Below are positions 53,012 to 64,000 of a DNA stretch of 64,000 nucleotides, one piece after another (positions within the stretch are counted from its first letter, which is position 1; each line of letters starts with the position of its first letter). Made by a program: the position numbers and the translations under genes. The stretch is taken from contig JALDTO010000154.1 of assembly GCA_023515725.1 (NCBI GenBank), forward strand, positions 515,484 through 579,483. The letters run 5' to 3'. This DNA comes from Amoeboaphelidium protococcarum X5. Its lineage: Eukaryota; Fungi; Aphelidiomycota. The notes under the pieces were generated by a model. It saw only the letters and a list, made by a program, of their open reading frames with translations. It was not told the DNA's origin and searched no databases.

Positions 53012-56000
53012 ATGTTTAACAAGGTCAAGAATGGAGTGAGCACTTTTGGAAGGAGCAGTAGTCCCGCTAATGGTGGTAGTAGTAATGCCAACAATAACAG
53101 TAAAATCCCCAGCTATTTTATGTGTCCAATATCAGGTGAAATTATGGATGATCCAACAATCTCCCAGTGCGGCCACATGTTTGAGCGACAGGCGATTGTG
53201 CGATGGTTGCGCGAGGTTTCTAATAGTGGTCAATGTCCACTGTGTCCGTCAATCATCAGTGAGAGCACACTGGCACCGTGCTTACCTCTTAAGGCGGCTA
53301 TCGCTGAGTTCAAGGCTTCCTATGGTAGTGGTTAGTTTAATTCTACAAGCGAGCCTCTGTATAGAGTTTCTTCCAACGGATCTCCTAAAGCAATCAATCC
53401 TCATTATCAACAGCCGTCGCTGCAGTAGTAGCAGAAAAGTCGTCAAGATAAGGGGGTATCTACGATTAGCAAGAAGCTAAAAGATGTCAAGCAATTTGTA
53501 GGGAGTGTGAGTGGTGGCAGCAAGTCTAGCGGTAGCGTTGATGTGAAGGATGTTTTCAATGCTCCGCCTGCTACTTAATAACGCAAGTAGAAATCTGGCA
53601 GTCCCGGCGATGGAGGAAGTTACAGCGGAGGTCGTCAAAAGCACGGTGAAGACGGAATGAAAAGTCCTAAAGGTGGCAAGAGCATGAACATTGGATTCCT
53701 GAAGGGCAGCAGTAATCATCGCGCTTCTCATGGAAATGGAAAGATGCAGTCGGGTAAAGTATGGGCGAAGTTGACTCCTATCTTGGATATTTACCCAGAG
53801 GTGGAAATTAATAAGGAGGAATTCGTCATTGGAAGATCTAGTAACTGCGATAGAACCTTCAATGCATCGGAGATCAGTAACATCCATTGCTGTATCTATA
53901 GAGTCAAAACTGATGATGGTGTATCTTATGATTATTTTGTCGAAGATAATAGTACTAACGGCACATACGTCAATGGTAGTAAAATAGGGAAAGGGCTGAT
54001 TGCGAATGTTATTGATGGTGATGAGTTGTCTCTTGGTGAGCGCTTTACCTCCTAGACAATCCCAAAGACTGGTCCTTTTGTCGACTGGGTATTTCAGGAT
54101 ACGGAACTGACGATGGAGCGCAAAATGGAAGCTGAACGTGTAAAAACCATTGGCTCATTCCTTGATCTGATTGCCATGGACAATGCTGCCTTGAGAGATA
54201 TTGGTATTCGCAGCGAAATGGTCAGAAGTAAAGTGGTGAATGCTGTTAAGAATTGGTGTGACAAGTATAGATTCCCCGCCTTTAGACTTGATATCCTGAA
54301 TTCTAATAATCAAAGTTATCAGCCTGCCAATCTTCGTTCTCTCCCGTCTACTTAGCCATCATCTCCCATGTAAGATGGATTCGCTCCTCCTATGTACCAA
54401 CTGTCGGCTGCAGGTGGTGTTAATAGTTATAACAACATGAATGGCGTGGTTGTCAATAACAGCAATAACAGTAATGCCGGGGAAATCAGCGAAGTGAATT
54501 TTGAACCTGGTACATACGGAGAGAAAAGTAGTGCTGGCGTTGTATGCATGTACTTGCGCAGGACCAGAGGTGTACGTGGCGTAATATCTGTCAAAGTGAC
54601 AAGCACCGAGCGTGGTAGTGCTTAGATGGGCAATCAGTTTACGCCATTTGAAAAGTTTGTGACTTTCAATGAAGGAGTTAACGAGATGGTGGTTGAGTTT
54701 TACTGGAAGTCCGACGTTAATATACAAGGTGTGGCAACGATCATTTTTGAGATGAAAGTGGTGTCTGGTAAGGCTTTTGTTGGACATTGCGCTGAGGCCG
54801 TCCTCGTTATTGAGGCTCCTGTCAAGGCACCGAGCACTAACCGTGCGATGTAGAGAGCATCTTAAGGAAAGAAAGCAGTTAGCAAACCAGACTAGTAGAT
54901 GCCATCGCAGTAGTAATAATAGTATTTACAATAACCTTAGTAGCAATAGCCTACTGCACAACAAGATAAGTCTGCCAAGAAAGATGTTCCGCTGTCATTA
55001 TCTGTCGTTGAGGATCGTCTGATGGCTCTAATGATCGAGGCTTTCCCAACTCTGGAGACTAAGGATATCGCCAAAGTTGTCAAGGAGGAGATCACCAACA
55101 TGGCGCCTGTGCGTGATGTCGGGCTGTTACAGGATCTCATTGTCATAAAGCTGACTCGTCAAGTCAATGAAGGCGATTAGTTGAACTTGGAGTATTCTAA
55201 TATTCGATTGACTCATACTAGTCAAGAGAAAGAGGAAGCTGACGGATTGGATAATTAGCTTGAGGAGGAAGGATATGGAATGGTCGAACCATAGTTTAGT
55301 CCGCCTACATTTGGCCTCGGTATGAGCGGCGATGGGTCACAACCCAAGTTTGTCGAGCTATCTTCCTAATTCAAAGCTTTGCAAGTGTCGCAACCAGCAT
55401 CTAATCCCGTTGCAGTTGCTCTGCAATAGAGTCAAGTACCTAATGCCGCGCCAATTAATGACTAGCAAATGTTGAACATGCACCCTCTTATGCAGTAGTC
55501 GATCAAATAGTCTAACAACTCTTTGAGTTCGGGCGCTATGAAATTAAAGACCTCGATATTTAGACATGAGTTGGACAGCTTTTTAATGATGGCGTCACTC
55601 TCGCTAGTGCGTAAGTTCTATGTGTCATAAGGGATAGATAGTGGCGTGACGCACTTCAAGTCTCCTATAGTAGGAGTCGCGTTACAGTTGGCAGAGTCTT
55701 TCCAGTAATCAGTAACCGATCTACAGCCCAAAGATCTGGGCCAGTAACCTTGTGATGACATCTTTGATTTTGACAAGGTGGTGGAATTATTCAAAAAGTT
55801 TGTCTACGCTAATGGATCCGACCTGCGCGCAAAGACTTCACCGCTCCCGAGTGCTCTATTGGCTAAAGCTTTTCGCTATGACATCTCTTTTTAAAAGAGT
55901 AAAAACCATGTAAAGATGGAGAATAACCATGCCATTATCGAGGATGTGAATACCTTCTGCAAGCTGAACGGACCTTAAATAAGCTTTTACGGAGTTTTTG

Positions 56001-56671
56001 ATGGTCACGGAGGATATGCCATCTCTGAGTATTTGTCTTTGCATCTGGCTATTAATATCTGTACTCATGCGCAATTCCAATCTGATATCAAGACTGCCAT
56101 AATTGATGGATTCAGATCGACAGATGACGATGTGTTGAAAAAGATTAAACGCGACAGTCTCAGAGGAGGATCGACAGCTGTGGTGGCGTTTTTGAGAGAG
56201 AGAACTTTACATGTTGCCTGGGCCGGAGATGCAAGGTGTTTGATCTTTAAGAAGATTGGGGATAATCTGGTTGCATTCCCCATATCTAGAGAGCATCATC
56301 CAGTCGGAGATGAAAAGGATCGCATCATAAGTATGGGCGGTTTCGTGGACCATGTTGCAGGTAAAAATCGTGTCAATGGCCGTCTCGCTGTCAGTAGATC
56401 TTTTGGTGATGCTAATCTGAAGCCTGTGGTGTCCGCTGTGCCGGATTACTCTCGATTCCCACTCCAGGGGGATGAGGCGTACATGTTGCTGTCGTGTGAT
56501 GGACTTTACGACTCGATGTCATACGGTGATGTGGCGGAGTATTTGGAGTAATGTGCCAAGAAGAAAATGCCACTCTCAGACACCGTGTCATCACTGGTCC
56601 AGGAGGGCATAGCACGGGGAACCAATGATGATGTCACCGTGATGATTGTAGATCTGTAGAGTACTTAATGA
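53012..56671 (+). CDS. Multidomain U-box/FHA/SAM-like/Calx-beta/CUE-like/PP2C protein
   Basis: One TGA-free frame of 1219 aa: FMCPISGEIMDDP; IGRSSNCD..ISNIHC..STNGTYVN; VTFNEG; AFPTLE; FDGHGG, AGDAR, LAVSRSFGD, CDGLYD, DDVTV. Confidence 0.85.
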
Positions 56672-56812
56672 TCAGAAAGATTAATGCGATAGAGATCATA
56701 AATTTTAAATCTTATATTTTCATGTTTACTTTTTGTTTTTGAAGGGTGTTGGACTAATGTACTGAACTATTCTATTTTCATTAAGTGACGTGTAATTTGT
56801 TATTTTGTCGCC

Positions 56813-57939
56813 ATGTATTGCAGAAGATTTTTATCATAGCGATTGTAGCTACCCTCTGTTAGAGAACTGGTGAATTTGTATCGAGGTGATGCTTTGAAAG
56901 AGAAGGGATAGAATTTTATTTTTGACATGAATGTCACCGGTAACTATAGCTATAATAATACAGGAACTAATGACCACCTCTTGATATAGTGTAGATAAAA
57001 TTGTATTTAGCAGTTTATAGCCGCTTGTTTAAAATGATCCTGAATGCAATCCTACAGTAATCGAGATTGGTATTGTCTTTTTACTTTGTAAATATCAACA
57101 ATGTATGGATATTTTGCAATCGTGTAGGATGTGGGCCTGGAGGATTAACGAGAGCTCTGCTGAAGAATGATAGGATCTAAAAAGTGATTGGGGTTGAGGT
57201 TGATCAAAGATTTGAGCCAATTCTAGGTATGCTTCGAGATCATTATCCTGATAAGTTTAAGCTTCTATTACAAGATGCTAATACAATGGATGAGGATCTT
57301 CTGATTCAGGAACACGCGTAAAATGCCAAAGATATACTAGTTATTGGCAATCTTCCCTTCTTATATGGAACCAAGTGGACCATGCGATGGTTAGAGTAAT
57401 GCTACCATAAGACTGGTTTGTTTAGTCATGGTAGACGCGTATCTATGGCCCTGATGTATCAGAGTGAAGTCGCACGGTAATTGTGCGAGACTCACGGACA
57501 TGGCAAGCGTTTTCGCACGCGAATGGGTGCCTTGTCGCAGGTGATCATGAGACCATAAATTGTTTATAATGTTCCTGCGTCTGTCTTTGTTCCAAAGCCG
57601 AAAGTTGATGCCGCCGTGGTTCTCTTTTAGATGCGCTATACCCCTATGATGACTGGCTCTTTAGCCGACTTATAAACTGTATTGAGATTCTCTTTTGCCG
57701 ACAAGCGCAAGTTAATGCTGGTCGCGTTTGATAAGTTGGCGTAACTGGCGAAAAAAAAGAACAAATCTGGTGCACTGAGTAAAGTAAGTATAGAGATGTT
57801 TAGAGATAAGTTTGAACGTGAATCTGGAATAAGCCCGGGAGATAGACCTATCTGCATTCCTAATGAAAGCTTTATAAGGTTGGCTGAATCTTTCGGAGAA
57901 GCTCTTAAATGCCAGTAATTTGTAGTACAAAATGCCTGA
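56813..57939 (+). CDS. TFB1M: Mitochondrial rRNA dimethyladenosine transferase (KsgA family)
   Basis: LPSVRELVNLY, QNFIFDMNVTDKIV, EIGCGPGGLTR, IGNLPF, QSEVA, FVPKPKVD; two introns. Confidence 0.88.
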
Positions 57940-58142
57940 TACATGTTTACTATGTTTTCCATTAACTTACTGTTGACTGTTGATTTCGATATATTCTTAC
58001 ATCTTATTTATCATTCAGCTGCATTAAAACGATACTCGCTCTGACAACCACAGACTTGATCGCGCGAGAAACGATTTCTTGCGCCACTTTCGGACCATTC
58101 GTTGATCAGCGTGGTTCCTTATCAATACATAGCAGTTTAATA

Positions 58143-60612
<2,470 letters not shown>

Positions 60613-60823
60613 ATTAGTTATAACAGTCGATCTTAGTGTCTCTTCTTGAGCTCTTTGAACCTGGAATGACCCTACTTCATATTATTTTAGCTTTACATCA
60701 GCGCAGCGCGTCTTATCGTTTTCTTTCAAAGCGGTTTGATTCAGCGTTTTGCTCATAGCTCAACAATAGCGCTTCGGATAGTTAGTCATTTTATACTTTA
60801 CAATTTATAATAATAAGTTTTGA

Positions 60824-61177
60824 ATGGTTGAAGAAAAGTTATCGCTGGCATAGATAGAGACTTTGTAGAAGTTGGATGCACTTAAATTGGACAACTTGTA
60901 AAATGTGGGAACTCAGGTGGATGCAAAGAGATTAGAGCTTTACAAGAATCTATTAGAGTTGCATCGACCGCAGTATGAGCGAATGCTTATTATACAAGAA
61001 GCACTGAGTGCATAATATGGAATATTAGAATAGAGCCGACACCTATAGAGCGAAGCTAGTTAGACATTGCACAGAATTTAGCATTCAGTTTCCAACTCTG
61101 CTCTCGCTTTAAAGAAGAATCAAGATCAGTTGTAGATTGTCAGGGCAGTTATTTAGATGAAAAAGACTGATGAATGA
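60824..61177 (+). CDS. Small coiled-coil hypothetical protein
   Basis: 117-aa open frame MVEEKLSLAQIETLQKL...KTDE*. Confidence 0.5.
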
Positions 61178-61494
61178 ATAGATTGATTTTATGCTCACTT
61201 CAGTCTCAATGTAAGCTAATAAGGTAATAAGGACTTTCCGTAACTTATTTAAGTTCTTTATGAAAGCTTAACTCACAGCGAAGGATTGCGCTGCTAATGA
61301 CGGTATACTGGTAATGGTAGTCTGTTGCTTTTCAGGTTATTGTTCAAACTGAGTAAAGTTGGAGAAATGACAGAGGAAATCAGAATTGGATTCGATTAAA
61401 CAACGTCAATAGTTAGAGAGCTCAGTAACGGGATCATAATCCAGAATTATGCGGAAATCCCAGTACTGAATATTCCGATGGTGGTTCGTATCCT

Positions 61495-62850
61495 TCACCT
61501 GACGACGACGACGGATTAGTATAAGTGAGCAGGCTATGCATCATCAGTGACATCCAGTAAAGCGAGATATGCTTGGCAGATAGTATCATTAGCCGGATCG
61601 CTCAACTTTGCGGATCTGCAATGCTCCAGCAATGAAATTGTCTCAGAGCTGTTCATGCATCTCACTAAATCCTTGAATGTTAGCTCCGTGGCTCTTCTTT
61701 CCATTGCTGCTATATCTCCCTTTTTCACTTGATCATATCCTATCAAAATGATCAAGGAACACACCACAGCAACTAGGCCTTTTCTGGTGTACGCCCACTG
61801 CCAGAATGCCAGCATTTTTGTAAAGTCGTCGCAGCAGCAAACACATTGCAACTGGTATTTAAATGCCTGATGGATCCACATCCCATTGGACTTCTGATGC
61901 AGCTCAAGTAATGGTGAATTTAAACTAGATAAATGCTCGGATAATTGCACAGTCTACAGACATAGCTCCAAGTCTTTGTCCACCTTAAATGCCATTAGTA
62001 GGTTGGCAGTGAAGTGCATTGCGGATGAGTTCTCCAACCATTCAGTTGAAGTCTTTAATAGTGTCTTTGCTGGACTATCTGATAATCCTTAAAATAGTCT
62101 CTTCAACAACAGCTGACCATCATTGGAGGCAGACATGGTAGGAATCAGGTGTTTGTCAGTTTAATTTGCGGTAACATATGTAGCAACTAGAGACATGCGT
62201 CTCACATCCTCCTCAGATACAGATTAAGGCAATCAAATGGAGAATCTCTGAAAGAAGTCTTAAGTAATCAACTTTCCATGACTGGGAACGAGAGGTACTT
62301 ATTACTGCGCATTGTTAATTGGTCTCTGATGTACAATCTCGACCGGCGCCGTGGAGTGTGCCTTTGAAGAAGATGACTCTGCCTGAGAAGACTGCTATCA
62401 AGCACGACTAACCACTGCGGCTGCAAGCTACATAGGAAGGCCAACCCTTTGAGAAACTTCACAGCAACTGCAATTAAATCAACCTGAATTGATCTTGCTT
62501 CTTCACGTACTACCATATTGTGCTGCATGCCAATTTTCCAGGAGAGCTGCGGCCAGACATTCAAAAGATACCCATTGCGCGTCCTCAACATCAAGTTTAT
62601 ATAAACGACACAGATTTCGGCCAAGGCTAGCATTGAACTCATCAACTTGGTTCTCAAAGGTAAAATCAAGACCAGCAAACTGCAGCATATCACAGTTAAA
62701 GCCAGCATTAACGATCTGATTTTGGAGATCACTTTCAGTAGCTTTGGGATCACAGACTCCAACGCGTTCGCCAATAAGTTAAAGTTGCTTTTTATTATAT
62801 TTGGACAATTTATGATTCAACTCTTCGAGATCCTCCTTAGATAGAACCAT
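61495..62850 (-). pseudogene. Degenerate hypothetical gene with several in-frame TGA
   Basis: One protein-like frame from MVLSKEDLEE interrupted by TGA at 62503, 62479, 62398 and 62233. Confidence 0.45.
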
Positions 62851-64000
62851 CCTGTTTGTTTGAAGTAGTAGAAGTGATAGTGGGTGAGTGAATTAAAGGA
62901 ATCAATGAAATCACCATGTTAAGAGTCAAATTTGATTAGAGGCGTTCTGAAACAGAGAAACGCGTGAAGTAAGATGCCCGAAACGGTTAGTAAAGTCGAA
63001 AACGGAAAAAACATATTCCCCAAAAGTCTTTGTAAAACGCGTACTCTTTGAGTGTGGCTAAATCTAGATAATTAGAGAATAATGAAGTGGGGAAGAACTT
63101 GTCCTCAAACAACCAACATGAGGACGAGTCAGTCCTCATCACCGAACGTCGAATGACTAATTGAGATATCTCACTCAAACTACTCCGGCCTGTAGAGAAT
63201 ACTGTATTTCATACCCAAGATGAGTTTTACGCCGTCAAACTGAGTTTTGGTTGAGCCAGCTCGAATGAGGACACCATGTCCGCAAGTAACAATAAATGAT
63301 AATTTTAACATATCCAGCACACCAAATCTGTTAAAATGAATTATAAAGACGAATGGAACAATAAATAACACACCTGATCGTTGGTGATGCCAGAACAACC
63401 ACCTGTGACAATTGCCGCAGGTTAGTAGAATCTCAAATTGAGCAGGTGATTAGAAACATGGAAACTCCAAGTTTACTAATAAATGTTCAGACAGAGAGAA
63501 CTGCGCGTAGAGATGTTATCACGCATCACTATTTATTTAAGACTATGATCTGAGCATAGTGAAGCCACCATCAAACTCCGCAAAAGAGATACGCTAAAGC
63601 TCGTTCGCGGACAAACAAGCTAAATCACTATGCAGAAGCCCCAATATTAAGTACACATTAATTCATTAAATTTACAAGATTAATCAGTAGGCCTTATATT
63701 TCCTTTATTAAGACCAGCCTTGTTAATCTGTAGTGAGCTGATCAACACGAGGACGAGTTATTCCTAGTTGTTGATGTAGATGGTAGATTTGTTACCTTGA
63801 AAGCTCTGGTCGATAGCTGATTGAAATAGAATGGGAGAATTTTTAATGATGTAATAGTAATCGATGTTTGAAATCTTACACGAGTAACAGTCGACTGCGT
63901 AGCCAGCTTTTCCTGAAGTAGCACGCTGGCTGTAAAATGCTTTTAACCAGCGAGATTTTACTGTAACTTTGCACCATAGTTCCGCTTAGATCTGTTAGTT

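Noticed and set aside
63118-63139. Hairpin ATGAGGAC-N6-GTCCTCAT as a hammerhead ribozyme
   Set aside because: Lacks the CUGANGA/GAAA core; isolated 8-bp stem.

Overview
Gene-dense eukaryotic DNA with short GT-AG introns and a non-standard genetic code: TAA/TAG encode Gln and TGA is the only stop. The supplied standard-code ORF track is therefore fragmented. Fungal-type genes (bifunctional ADE5,7; fused urease) combined with this code point to an aphelid such as Amoeboaphelidium (inference). Hand translation with TAR=Gln gives about 35 genes. The main highlight is at the left edge: a Fanzor2-type (eukaryotic TnpB) RNA-guided nuclease gene (559-2802, minus). It has all three RuvC acidic residues, a lost zinc finger, poly-Lys/KKRRKR NLSs and one internal TGA. 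It is followed by a ~310-nt nested, pseudoknotted structure (185-492) that is a candidate omegaRNA. Other highlights: an inverted paralog pair sharing a 152-bp near-identical tract around a 7.7-kb segment; a receptor-like kinase head-to-head with a U-box/FHA/SAM/Calx-beta/CUE/PP2C protein; a secreted BTB protein; lipoxygenase-like and PAXX-like genes; and gamma-secretase APH-1. All calls come from manual translation and motif recognition. No database searches were run.
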